From Azolla caroliniana (lineage: Eukaryota; Plantae; Polypodiophyta): a stretch of DNA of 64,000 bases. This document shows positions 1 to 12,003 of the stretch, piece by piece. Below the pieces are notes generated by a model that saw nothing but the letters and a program-made list of their open reading frames with translations, was not told the DNA's origin and did no database searches. Positions within the stretch are counted from its first letter, which is position 1, and every line of letters starts with the position of its first letter. Both the position numbers and the translations under genes were made by a program. The stretch spans positions 651-64,650 of the forward strand of contig JBHGNT010000151.1 of NCBI GenBank assembly GCA_043228905.1, given 5' to 3'.

Positions 1-2795
1 GGCGAGACCGAGTGCTTTTCTTTTACAAAACAACAAAAAGCTATAAATACAAGAAAAGAAATAAATCTCACGAACACACAGGAATGGAACGCATGAAAGA
101 GCTCATTTCTTCTTTTTCAGGTAGTACTTGTTTCGAAGGTGCAGTTCTGGGGAAAGGCGGCGTTGAGGCGGCCATCACGCGCGAAGAGCACGTTACGACC
201 CGTTGGCCCTAAGCTCCGTGGTGGGTAAACGGTAAACCTAACTCCATCCGCCTGAAGGACAGTAAGGGCGGCGTGAAGACCGAAGTTGGTGTAGCGCTAG
301 CCAGAGCGTAAGTCAACGAGTCCCGCTACAGGCTCCCCTTCGGCGGCGGGGCATGCACGGGGAGATGCATGGGCGCAGCTACCGGGATCATGGTATGCTA
401 GGTTCCTGTCGTGGTAGGAAGTAGCGGCCCTCTACCATCCTCAAGATGTGGCTACGCCATCGTATTTATATGTACGGTTAACGGTCTAGGGAGCAAAATA
501 GCTAGAGCACGGGAAAATAACGATCTCCGCCAGAGCTTTTGGGGATTTCCTGAAGGCTCCGGGATCTTTTGCAAACCCCATGTCTAATATCGTATGGCAG
601 ATACTGGTCGTATGGCGGGTATTAAGGGAAGCAGAAGCTTTCACTGAAAGGTAGAGAATTGATGGGTTAATGAGACTTGCTAAGCTATTCGGGATGAAAG
701 TTTCGAGGGAGTTCAACCCGCTCGACGTGTCATGATATCAGAGCCTGATAAAACTGCTGGAAGGCCGCAACGCATAACTTCACCGAGGGACAGGGTCGTG
801 TAGGAAGCTGTTTGAATAGCTCCAGAAGGCGTGTATGAAAAAAGTAGTACCTTTCTAGATTACTCGCATGGGTTCGGGCCGAACAGAGGGTGTCATATGG
901 GACTGGAGTTCATAACGAAAAAATGGACAGGCATCTCTTGGTTGTTAGAGCTCGACATCGAGAAAGGTTACGATTCCATTGATCAGAACATCCCTAAGTC
1001 TTCCATTGAACGAAGGATGGAAGATCCTGGATTCATGCTTCTGTTAGACCGTCTTTCTGAGGCAAGTCTAATGGAGGGTGAGCGAGGAAGGCCTAACCTA
1101 AATGAAGGAGTACCGTAGGGGAGTAGTATCATTTCGCCCCCTCTATGTAACATCCACCTCTACAAGCTAGACGCGTTCATTGATTCATTGGTTAGACAAT
1201 ATGGCACTACCAAGACCTGTAAGCTCCGCAGAAGGAATAGAGCATATCCCCGCTTCGAAGCCAATTAGCATATTATGAAACTCCCTCCCTTCCAGGGAAT
1301 ATCGATCGCAGTTATGGCCAAGAGGGCGGCTAGAAAGGCGGGCATCTCCCCGTTCAAAGACCCCAAATCCATTCAGGTGAAATACGTGCGTTACGCGGAC
1401 GACTCATTGCCAGGAATTGCCGGTTACGCGAATTTGGTGAGAGGGATTTGGGACAGAATTACCAAATTCTTGTGGAATCAGCTACGGTTAGAGGTAAGCA
1501 TGGCGACTAGAGCAAAGCATATTGCTTTTTCAAAAGCTACCTTTTTGGGTATGCGTATTAAGGTGCCCTCGATCAAGAATTGGCCTCGAATCTCCTCGAA
1601 ATAACGCGAGTGGCGTCTGAGAGTGAGAAACACGGCTCACTATATGGCTGAGATCCGTGAGAAGCGGCTCGTGGCGGCTCTCAGGAAGAGAGCTGTGACC
1701 CTGTTGGCGAGAGCTTTGCGGAAGGCGCCCGGAGACCCGGATAAATTTACCAGTCAGCTCTCTTGCTCCCTTCTCCTGGAAACCAACCTGGCGTCTTTTC
1801 GCGCGCGGCCGAATTACCCGAGGACGAGGGAGGCGAGGCGAGGAAGTGCCTACAGTCTCAAAGGGAAACTCTGGAAGGGAGAGGATAGAACCACGAGACC
1901 GAAGAGAGAGGGCCAAAGGCCGGGTTCCCGTTAGGGCGGGAACTCTAGCAACCAACTCTAGCTTCATCCCAGCCGGAGAAGCGCGCGGGGAAGGGGGAAG
2001 AACCGCGGACGTTCCTTCGAGGAACAGCTAGCTGTATGGCCTGCCGTCAAAGATTCAACAGCTCTTCTTTAGGTTCAGCGGGATCCTTAAGACCCCACGG
2101 AAACCCGTGCACTCACTACGGAAGATCAGGCAGTATTATCATATTTGCGATAATCTTCACTTGGCGAAGGCAATAGTGGATTATCATATCCAATGGCCCG
2201 CCATCTCCGTTGTTTCGGCCTGCGGGTAGGCACAAGTCAGGAAATAATTCAGAGGTTCAGTAGAAACCTGGAGTATGTGGATAAAAGAGACAGAAAGATC
2301 TCGTTGATGCCTTCAGCTGAGATCGGGGAAGAGTGTGAATGTAAAAGTTCAGATCACCAGTGAATTCAAGTCTCTCAACCCTGACTGGATTCGCTTCCTC
2401 AAGCAACTCTGGACCAACCTAGCCAGTGCCGTGCTGGGACTGGACATTGAGATTTATCACGTCCGTAAGCTAGTGAGACATCTCGACCATTTCCGCTGAA
2501 CCGGTTCATCATGAAGGCCGTGAGGCGGTGAACTTTGGGATAGATAAAGACTATCAGGCCTGGCCGCCATTCAGCCGGCACCGAACCGAAAACGGATCCC
2601 TCTCCTCCATGTCACCACCATCATGTCCAGATGCATAGGGGTCTAGTTACCTCCGATCCGGATCCGGTGATTGCGCACGCACGAGGTGAATTCAAAGAAG
2701 CTATAACTGATTAACCCATTCAAAGTTCTGTGGAGAGCCGGATGAGGGGAGACCTTCACGTCCGGTTCGGAGGGCAGGGTGACCTTGACCCTTAC
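1..2795 (+). mobile_element. Group II intron (5' end outside window) carrying a maturase
   Basis: Intact domain V GAGAGCCGGATGAGGGGAGACCTTCACGTCCGGTTCGGAGGG (~2733-2774), then a domain VI hairpin ending CCCTTAC at 2795; RT ORF inside. Confidence 0.9.
651..2645 (+). pseudogene. Group II intron maturase (RT-X-HNH); RT in one frame with only editable stops, domain X/HNH frameshifted
   Basis: Frame +3 reads QPARRVMI..SPRDRVV*EAV*..SHGF..LDIEKGYDSI..GVP*GS..YVRYADD..FLG, with several stops at conserved Q/R. Domain X (YYHICDNLH..DYHI) is in frame +1 from ~2030; HNH-like IEIYHVRKL and HHVQMHRG lie near 2445-2640. Confidence 0.8.
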
Positions 2796-2926
2796 GATTA
2801 TCGCTGCGTTTACTGGAACAAGGATTTCTAGGTTCAACTGGATAATTGCCGATATATACATGACACACCGGTTCTTTACATGAACTCCTGCCGATGATGG
2901 CAGGGTAATAGGCCTTAATCTTCATT
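2796..2926 (+). pseudogene. rps14: Degenerate exon between two group II introns, probably rps14 pseudo-exon
   Basis: Bounded by an intron 3' end (TAC) and a GTGCG start. Weak D-Y/H-R...RLL similarity to the Rps14 N-terminus with frameshifts; the next exon is clearly rps14. Confidence 0.5.
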
Positions 2927-5237
2927 GTGCGACTTGAAGTTTGACTACATGGGGGAGTCCCTTGGCCTCATATTTCGGTAGAAAAACTCCGCGAGGTAAA
3001 GTTGAGGCGCCGAAGAGCAGGGTGAGAGAGATCTACTTAAGAGGGGACCCCAGCAGAGGTGCAACTGGGCAACGGGAGGATTCCGAAAAGCCCTTTACTA
3101 CTTCGGTAAAAAGAACCACTAAGGTTAGGTCACTAAATTCTAACTGAGCGATGCACGGTGACCTGGTCTCGACGAGATCTCTCAATAATCCTTATTTCGG
3201 CGCCCCTTGAGATAGCACTGTCAAAGCCAAACTAAGAATGGCCGTAGTGGGCCGAAGGCCCAACCGGCTAGAGAGATCCACTTCAAGACATACGCCATCA
3301 TGCTCACGGGAGCTGGAGAAACTCAAGTTAAAGAACCTCTGCACACCAACGTCGTGGGTGCCGAACTACCCTAACTAAATCTATTGAACAAACTAGGTCA
3401 ATCCAAAACATAAAAATTACAAGCCGTATTCCTTACCTTTGGACAGAGATCCACCATTCATAGCGGTGGGTAACGTCTAATCGCACCGCCCTACCCCAGC
3501 TATGTTAGGCTAGATGTTAGATAGCACCCCAGCGGACTAGATTAACTAAGTCTAAGAGGAACTGAGAACGGAGAAATTTCCTTATGGACGAGGCCTTCCT
3601 CCTCATGGATAGAGCGAATCCTGACCCTTGAACGTAATCCCGGATGAGATCGTTCTCGAAGCGCCGAGGATGATTTTGGAAGTGGTATATGAACCGACAT
3701 TCAGCAAAATGTCGCACGGGTTTTAATCGAGAAAATCGTGTCGTACTGCACCCAAAAGCATACGCACCAATTTCAAAGCCGCTATGTGGGCAATTAGGGG
3801 AGGCACAAGCAACTGCTATGGCACCATCAATTCGCGTATACTAACCGAAATCATAGGGAGAAGGATCGGAGACAATAAATCGATGAGACTTATCTGAAGA
3901 ACACTACGCGCGGGCAAATGCGGATTCAACACCACAAAGGCGGCCTGTTGGCTAGGGCCCCGAAGGTGGCCCGAAAGGTTGCCCGCTTTGTTCGCAAAAA
4001 AAGAGATGGGGAATAACATATCCCCGATACTGGCGAGTATCTACCATAACGAGCTCGATTGACGGGTGATAGAAAAAATCCGGAAATTTAACCGTGGCAG
4101 AGAAAGGCCCGTAGAATAGGAAACGCGAAGCGTTTTCTGGAAAAAAAATAGCAAGTGGATGAAAATCACCTTCAGGCTAAGGTACGCTCAGAAAAAAGGA
4201 CAAGCTTAACAGGTAGCAGAATTGGAAAGTTGACAAAAACAGACACCCGCTACGGTAATGAACGACAAGGACTTCCGATGACTAAAACATGTTCGTCACG
4301 TAGACAATCCTATCATCGGAGTAACCGCTCTACTATCAAAGGCAAAGTAGCCGGAAGCAGAGATGGCAGAACTCCTGAGAGAGCGCCCAGAATGGAAGGG
4401 AAAAACAAAAATTACTCACCCGTGCAGCGAAGAAACCTCATTTCTGGGAACAACCATTAGCCTGAAGGGAACTCGTATCGAGCGGGGCTCCGGGCAAAGA
4501 ATCAGCTCTATTATATGAAAACCAAGAATTGCGTCCGTCTACATGAAAGCTTCTGTAGATAGAGTAATCACCAGACCGTACAAAATACACATGCCGTCAT
4601 AAGGGGGGCGAAAACCCAAATCTGTAACGACACTAAAGGGTAACAGCCATGACTAAATCATATAGTATTACAACTACGTCATTATGGGCTTTTCTCGTTA
4701 TCATTCTCTCGCAGATAACTGGTCAGATTTATCGTCACGTCCTGGGCTGTTTATTTATCCGAGTCGTGTATGTATTTCGGCAGCCAGGCATAAGTCTAGG
4801 CTTTGGAAACCCTTCCGCAAATATAGTCAGCGCCTGGCAAACACTATAAATATACCGATCAAAGACAGAGAGTTGGGGATCGACCACTTGTCTAAGCTAT
4901 AGAAAACGGTGGTATGGAGCGCACCAGAGAGGGCAGTCAGGTTGCACCCCTAATATGCAAATGCGAGCAAGGCCAGGAAAGAAATCTTAGATACGTACTT
5001 TATACTTTAACAGATGGAAGGTAACCCGCCAAAGTGCTGAGGTCCTTATCTTAAATACCGCTACCAAATCTCTGAAACAGAGGGGCACAAAGTGCTGGGG
5101 GTACAATCTCATATCGAATAAGAGGGACCCGATGAGGTTTCACGCGTTCGTTGGGGAGCAGTGACTTCAAGCGTTGTTCAAGCGGTACACGCCCGCCGCC
5201 CGAGCGAGAGATCCGCCCCCGGATGGCAAGATTCCAC
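2927..5237 (+). mobile_element. Degenerate group II intron at about the rps14i145g2 position, with decayed maturase
   Basis: Starts GTGCGACTTG. RT remnants: DEIVLEAPRMILEVVYEPTFSKMSHGF (~3643), ISPILASIY (~4020), KHVRHVDN (YADN after editing, ~4285); domain X YNYVIMGFSRYHSLADN (~4670). Domain V (~5121-5160) lacks a clean AGC triad; ends CCAC. Confidence 0.75.
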
Positions 5238-5398
5238 TCGAATTTTACCGAGAACAATAGAATCGTAAGAAACTGACGTATTTCCAAATGTTCGGTCGCT
5301 TCCGTTTCGTATATTAGTTATTTTGTATGCTTCGTATAGTTTTCTGTGAATTAGCATTAAAAGGTTCTTTAATAGGCATAAACAAGTCGTGTTGGCAG
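5238..5398 (+). pseudogene. rps14: rps14 3' exon, frameshifted
   Basis: LPR..VRN*RIS / GRFRFVY*LFCMLRIVFCELALKGSLIGINKSCW-CAG matches the Rps14 C-terminus (RIVFRELASKGSLIGINKSCW*) but in shifting frames. Confidence 0.8.
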
Positions 5399-5604
5399 TA
5401 CGCTGGTCGGCTTCACAAGCAAGCTGCGGGTCTTTTTCAATCACTAATTCTTATTTTGCCCAAAATCGTTGTCGTTGGTTCACATTTTATGGCATCGCAG
5501 AAATTGATTGTAAGGCTTTAGATTATTTCAAAGGGTGGCCTAAGGTCACCCCCCTTAAATGAGAGTCCCGCCTCTCTTCATTTAAGCGGGAAAAACGTTC
5601 TGCT

Positions 5605-5675
5605 GGCTGGGTAACATAATGGCAATGTATTGGACTGCAAATCCTGGAATGACGGTTCGACTCCGTCCCTAGCCT
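5605..5675 (+). tRNA. trnC: tRNA-Cys(GCA)
   Basis: Cloverleaf GGCTGGG...CTGCAAA...GGTTCGACTCC...CCTAGCCT. Confidence 0.93.
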
Positions 5676-5695
5676 ATTCTTCTTCCAAGCTCTTT

Positions 5696-6278
5696 TGCCA
5701 TTTCCGAGTGAAAAGATTGCTGCTTTAAAGTGGAAAGAAAAGTGCAAAGCATCTTCTTGCCAGTGATTCATCAAGATTGCCGCCGGCTCGGTTTAAAGTG
5801 AAAAGAAAAGTGCTGCTTTGCTTTGCTTTGCTGGATTCGCAGATTATGGCCAGAAGATGATATTGCCTTCTTGCATGATCCTTCTGAATTTTACCAACGG
5901 AATTTCGAAATTCCAGCATTCAATTCTTTCCGCAATCTGAGCCGCATTAAAGATTATCGTATAATAATCCATGAATATTCAGGCCTTCTTGAAAGTTCAA
6001 AAGAAGAACTTTGGTAGCCATTTATATTACACTTTTTACCGCTTCTTCTTCTTCCGCAGTGCAGTTTTCTTGCGCTTCATGAAGAAAAGGTGCTGTTTGA
6101 AATTGTAGCTTGAATCTTATCGGAAAACTAACTCTAGGCCTTCTTGATGAACAGCTATGGATAATACGGCGGAAGTTGCTTGCGGGGAAGAACCAAGGTG
6201 GTGGATGAACCCGCTGCTTCATCAGCGCGATGAAGACGATTAACGCTACTTATCGGCTACGGTAAAGTCAGACGGCCC
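5696..6278. repeat. ~580-bp repeat, inverted copy at 21261-21843; partial copies at ~35130-35477 and ~60731-61078
   Basis: Identical ORF translations on opposite strands (6022-6222 vs 21317-21517); ends compared by eye. Confidence 0.9.
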
Positions 6279-6423
6279 TCAATCAACCAAAAAACATTAC
6301 TGAAGATGGCCTGCGTAGCGCATACGATCTCCAATCACTAAGAGATGCAAAAGAAATTGGCTACTTCTCTGACCAAAGAGGGCAATGACGACGTAGTAAT
6401 AGTTGGTAGTGACTCCTCTCATG

Positions 6424-6497
6424 GTTTAGGTAGCTCAGTTGGTTAGAGCAAAGGACTGAAAATCCTTGGGTCAGTGGTTCAAATCCACTCCTAAACA
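6424..6497 (+). tRNA. trnF: tRNA-Phe(GAA)
   Basis: GTTTAGG/CCTAAAC acceptor stem, CTGAAAA loop, GGTTCAAATCC. Confidence 0.95.
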
Positions 6498-7544
6498 GCG
6501 AATTATTAGGTTCAAATCTCAATTATGCGCTAGATGCAACTAAAACCCGAAACCTCTTTGAGCTAGAGCCACAGAGCTCTCTATCTGTCCGATCTTAGCA
6601 CCAACCCTGAGCAAATGGTGTGGCCTACCTGCTCCGGACGAGTGGCTCGAGAATAGCGCAAAACCAAATTATGGAAATTTCGCGTAAAGTGTGGTGGACA
6701 GCCTGCCCCCTGTGGATAGGTTTTTGGGTAATATTTGTTTTTCAGATTTCCCTTCCCTTCCCTTCCCTTCCCTTCCCTGTACGCACGCGGGATCTTAATT
6801 GGAGACGTAAGCGTCGCGGAAGGGCGGGCGGCATTCTCCCCACGCACGACGGTACCCCGTTTCTTTATAAACACGTAATCAGGGATTGGCTCTCTTTCGC
6901 GAACTTTCTATACTCCGAAAGACGACAAAGAATAAGACCAGTTCTTGTTCCAACCTGAGCTTCAATGCTCGCACCTACTCTCCGCCTTTACTCAAGGATA
7001 CCGCCTTTCCTTTCCTTTCCTTTCCTTTCCTTTCCTTTCCTTTCCTTTCCTTTCCTTTCCTCTCAAGGCTTCTGTGCGCTTTCTTTTTGCTCGTGGTTTT
7101 GATCCTACTGAACACTTATTCTTACTATTAGAGTATGAAATTCCACCTTTTTCTATTTATAAAGGGATTTATTGGAGGGAAGGAAGGGAGGTCACTACGC
7201 TAAAGCGCCTTCGCGGCGGAAGGGAGGTTTGAAAGGTCAATTCCCCTTTCCTGAAGTGCGTTTTGTCAGGCTAAGAAAAGGGTAAATAGAAGTCTCGGTT
7301 GCCCGCCCTTTATATCCCTTTATAGAAGTCTTTAAGCGAACAAGCTTTCTCTTCCCTTCCATTTCCGCAACAATGGATAGAGCCGTCATACTACCTTCAC
7401 CTAATTGGAGACTTGATTTAGCCGCTCTTTCCAAAAGACAAGAATGTAAATGAAAAACATCTCCCGGATATGCTTCTTGCTAGATGGTCTTCTTAGTAAC
7501 AGAGAGATTTGTCGATAAGCTTGGGCTTGTTTAGAAAGATCATC

Positions 7545-7860
7545 GTGAATAATCAAGGATGGCTGTTTACGATGGACTGTCCTCTCCTGAACAGATTCGC
7601 AGTTGGGCCGAAAGAGAGTTACCTAATGGAATGGAGACCTGGGCAAGTTGATTAACCTTCTACGTTGCATTACAAGACTCATAAACCAGAGAAAGATGGT
7701 TCATTTCGTGAAAGAATATTCGGGGGCGGAAACTACCGATCTGTCGATAATGAAGAAGAATATTCCAATTCTCGTAAGCATTGTGGAGTCAAGTTTACCG
7801 ACTCTCGGGTTCGAAGATATCGAATGGGATACATCAAACTAGCATGTCCAGTAACCCACG
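7545..7860 (+). pseudogene. rpoC1: Plastid-derived rpoC1 5' fragment
   Basis: [64 protein letters not shown], with frameshift and deletion. Confidence 0.88.
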
Positions 7861-9378
7861 CCAAAACGAATTCCCAAAAAGTTACATTGCAAATCGCTAA
7901 ACCCCGAACTAGAAAGCCCAGTATATTGCGATGCGTGACTCGGGAAACCAACCTATGGGTTCTTTCATCAATTATTGGAGCTTGCTTGAAATAAGCACGA
8001 TAGTTCATTCTTCACTGATTGATGGGCTATAGTCCAACGTGATTTGATTTGGCATATGAGTGAAAGACAACCGCTTCTTCCGCTTCCGCTTCCGCTTCCG
8101 CTTCCGCTTCCGCTTCCGCATGATGAAAACCGCTTCTTTTCTTCGGCCGGCTTCTTCCGGAAATGGGTAAATCTCCCCGCTTCATCCGCGGAAGCAGGAT
8201 TTGAACCGTAGACCAATCGCGGATGAAGCGGTTAACAGCGCGCGCTGAGCCACCAACAAAAAAAATGTACGGTTAGTATCATATACATTCTTTGACTCTT
8301 GTTACTTGAGCCGCCTCTGAATTTGCAAAACGTTAAGCCGACATTTCCTAAACTTTACGTACACCCTAACTCTTATTATAGGAAGAAGCGGCAGCGATAG
8401 CAATCCTATTTTTATAGAGCCCCTGACCTACATTTTGTTTGGTGACATGTTGGAGGATTCTATACGCTCTAAAGGATACAGAGACGTGATAGCGAAGGGG
8501 AGAGCACAAGGTTTGGTGGTTATAGGACTTACCTTAGACGAGACAGGAGCACCGTTGAAGAGAGATATGAGATCTTCTCTTGTGTTGCAGATGATGGAGA
8601 TGGACCCCGCCCGCCCTGGGAGGAGCCGACCAACTCAATTTCTTGATATTTGCAAGGGAAACATTTCTCATAATCTCGGAGGGGAAAGGGGGCGGACATT
8701 TGCTCTCGGGGGAAGACCCGCTCCGATAGAGAATAAGGGAATTAATCCCCTAAAGCAACCAACTAGGTAAAGTTCAGCTACTGCCAGCTGAATTATTCTC
8801 TAAAGATGACCAAACCAAATATGCCTTAGTGCTTTTTTTTATTTGGACAATATCAGCAATTTCATTGCATTCTTCTTTTCTTTTTTGTATTTTGTGGTAA
8901 TATCGATATTCATTTATGTATGCGACGGACAATTGCTTGCTGTCGGGGGAAGACCCGCTCCGATAGAGAATAAGGCAAGGTTGCTCGCCTAAAGCAACCA
9001 ACTTTCGTTGCTCTAATTTAGTTTAGCGCAGAAGGTTAGGTTGATACAACTAAATTTCGGGGGCGGACCCTGCCCCGAAGTATTATAGGATCGAAAATGA
9101 CAAGAACAGAAGAAAAGTTTTTACGGAAAAGAACGGTAACAGCTCCGCGTCGTTCTCTCGAAGAATCGCCATGATGAATCCTCGTGCAATTCATTCTGTA
9201 AACGAACTAAGTTTATGATAATGTCTTCGTCAAACTGCCTGCCTGCCTGCCTGCCTGCCTGCTGTAATCTTTCCAATTTGTTCTGTATTCTTTCCAGTTC
9301 GTTCTGTAAACTTTTTGATAATGTCCATGTTTTATCTAATCTGTTTCGTGAGATTCCCTTCTTTTCTTGTATTTATAG

Positions 9379-9478
9379 CTTTTTGCTTTTCTTCTCAATA
9401 AGATGGTCATATAACCCTTAGTGCTTTTTGCTTTTCTTCTCAATAAGATGATCATATGACCCTTAGTGCTTTTTGCTT
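9379..9478. repeat. Tandem duplication of a ~44-bp unit
   Basis: GCTTTTTGCTTTTCTTCTCAATAAGATG(G/A)TCATAT(A/G)ACCCTTAGT occurs twice. Confidence 0.85.
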
Positions 9479-9599
9479 TGCAAAAGAAAACTCATTTTTA
9501 TTGATCTCTATGGGAATCGCTACCACCCTGTACTAGGATTGGTCCTTTAGAAATCCCATTGGTCCAGTACTTCCCCGGGACTGCACGGATGACGCTTCG

Positions 9600-10173
9600 C
9601 CTACCCTGAAGGATAAGCTTCCGATATCTTTTGACGTAACGTTTATTCAATTACCCTTTTCCCAGCAGATGCTATGTATGCCTCGGACTCAGCGATAATT
9701 ATGTCCCTAACATACCAAAACTAGCAGTAGCACCACTCGTAGTTAGATAGGTGGGAACTGATATATAGAATAATCTTCTCTGAACTTGATGGATCTGTAG
9801 AACGGCTTGACGGCCGGCGCGGCGGAAATCTCGGCCATTTGCATTAGGCTCAACGTCCCTTCTTGCATACGTGCCCCTTCGAAAGCACAGACAATGATTA
9901 TTAGCAAAGACTTATCCGTGGCATATTCAATTAAGCGAGTGATCTTCTTACCTAAAACGGAACCCATACTACCTCCCATGAATTAAAAGTCCATGACACC
10001 AAGCGCTATACTATACCCCATTGAAATATTCTATACCTGTTTGAACAGCATCAGTTAAACCTGTTCTTCTCTGGGAAGCAGTAATACGATTCTGATGAGA
10101 ATCCTCAGCGGCGGGGCGGTTCATGCGGCGGAGAAACTTGGAACATCTCATGCAGTCATGTCTTCATCCATTA
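9600..10173 (-). pseudogene. accD: Plastid-derived accD fragment
   Basis: [77 protein letters not shown], with frameshifts. Confidence 0.88.
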
Positions 10174-10489
10174 GGAAATCGATAGAATAATGGCAGGTTA
10201 TTCCGGTAGACTGTAAGCCGTGATGAATTGAAGGGTTTTGTTCCAACATGCATGAAAGAGGGTTGTTCTTAACGTTTATCAATTTTTCGGACTAGCTCTG
10301 TTGAAGAGCTCGTATGAGAGTTGGCTCAACCTAGCCCCAACAATGGCAGAATATTTCCGAGATGTCAACGAGCAAGCTGTACCTTTATTCATTGACAACA
10401 TCTTCCGCTTCGCCCAAAATCGCGGAATCAGAAGTCTCTGCTTTCTTTTTGGCAGGTAGAATGCCGATGAAAACCGCTTCTTCGGCCGT

Positions 10490-10522
<33 letters not shown>

Positions 10523-11423
10523 CGTGGGTTATCAACTGGTTCTTCCCGGCCGGCCAGGTCTCTATAGGAAAGAATTCCAGATCAATAACTTCCATTCAAG
10601 CGCACCTGCGGATGATCTGACTGACCTAGCCCCCGCTACAACCATTTGCACACCTAGATGCTACTACTGCGCCGCTTTCGAGAAGATTAGCAGAAGAATA
10701 TCTATGCGGCCCATTCATTCGTCTTCATGAGGCGGTGAGGGCCAAAAAAAAAGCCAAGACAGCTTCGGAGCGAACTCTGTTACCAGAGCCGAGAACAGCT
10801 TTAGACAATTCCGTCAGGCACCACGAAGGGCTGGCTTGAGAAGTATCGCAAGACTTGACTTTCTGCGCCCTACTCTCAATGAGTCAAACTCTCCGTATCC
10901 ATTACTCTTTTACAATCGATTATTTGATAGATCTGGAATGTGATGAGATACACTCTAATCATCTCATAGGACCGCCCCGATGAAAACCAGCAGACCTAAT
11001 CACCTTACGATGGTTAGCGGAATTCTCTCTCGGTAAATTGGGTCAATGAGACCATCGGCGTTCGTTTCAGAATCGGATAGTTACACGTCCCACATCCACT
11101 AGTCGCCGGGCCACCGAACATTGCTTCAACCATAAGGCAGCCAGAAAATTGGACCTTTAGTTTAGTTAGGTTTTCATCGCTTTCCGCACGCCTGGTAGAA
11201 AGCGGGTCGACCTTCCCCCCATTTACTTTATTTCATAGAAGCAATAGCGGCATGTATAGTGCTCGGTCTATCTAATTTGTATCGGAACGAAAGCAGCAGC
11301 AATGAACCGCTTCATCCGCGAGTCTTCCATCGACAAAGGACTGGCTCTGGCTCACGACGAATGCAAGCTGGAAAACACGGAACTCGGTACTTGGTTAGTG
11401 AAACCATGCATGAAAAATCAAGT

Positions 11424-11496
11424 TACCTACTACTGGATTCGAACCAATGACTTTCGCCGTATGAAAGCGATACTCTAACCCCTGAGTTAAGTAGGT
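11424..11496 (-). tRNA. trnM: tRNA-Met(CAU), plastid-type
   Basis: ACCTACTTAACTCAGGGGTTAGAGTATCGCTTTCATACGGCG...GTAGGTA has the form of plastid elongator trnM. Confidence 0.88.
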
Positions 11497-12003
11497 TGGG
11501 CAGTTTCATAGCAGCCAGCCCGTTTCATCGAGCCTCGGAAGTCAAGGCGGCCATTCTATCTACAAGATTTTCTGTCAATTCCTGCAGACTGTTCAAGGAA
11601 ACTCGTGGGGTGGGTTCCTGCTTTCCCTCAATGCCGAGCTGCTCTTTACGGCCCGGTAAGAATTCAATAAATTGAGTAGTTGCACCTGCTGGTATAATAA
11701 GATATCCGTCTGAACTCCTACATCAATACCATCCATGTCGGTCTGGGTCGCAACATCAATAACATCATCCACACCTTGATCCTTACTACCTTTCTCAAGA
11801 GGTTGGTTGTCGGCAACGTCGTTGTCAGAGGCCTATCAAGTGACATTATTTCATTGACTACTTTTTTCCGCCGCTAACGGCCAACGAAAGAAAGAACTGC
11901 CATAAATATCAAGAACAGACCTTGTGTTGGCAAAGAAAGCCAACGCAAGTCCCTCTAATGCTGCTTTGAAGGCATTTTCTTGAAACCTATCTTAGTTGAC
12001 GAA

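Noticed and set aside
8186-8255. tRNA gene
   Set aside because: Only a T-arm and anticodon-like remnant, interrupted by a palindromic module; no complete cloverleaf.
8435-9003. 111-aa ORF as a real gene
   Set aside because: No recognisable domain, and its 3' end is built from a local ~55-bp repeat (8706-8762 / 8943-9003).
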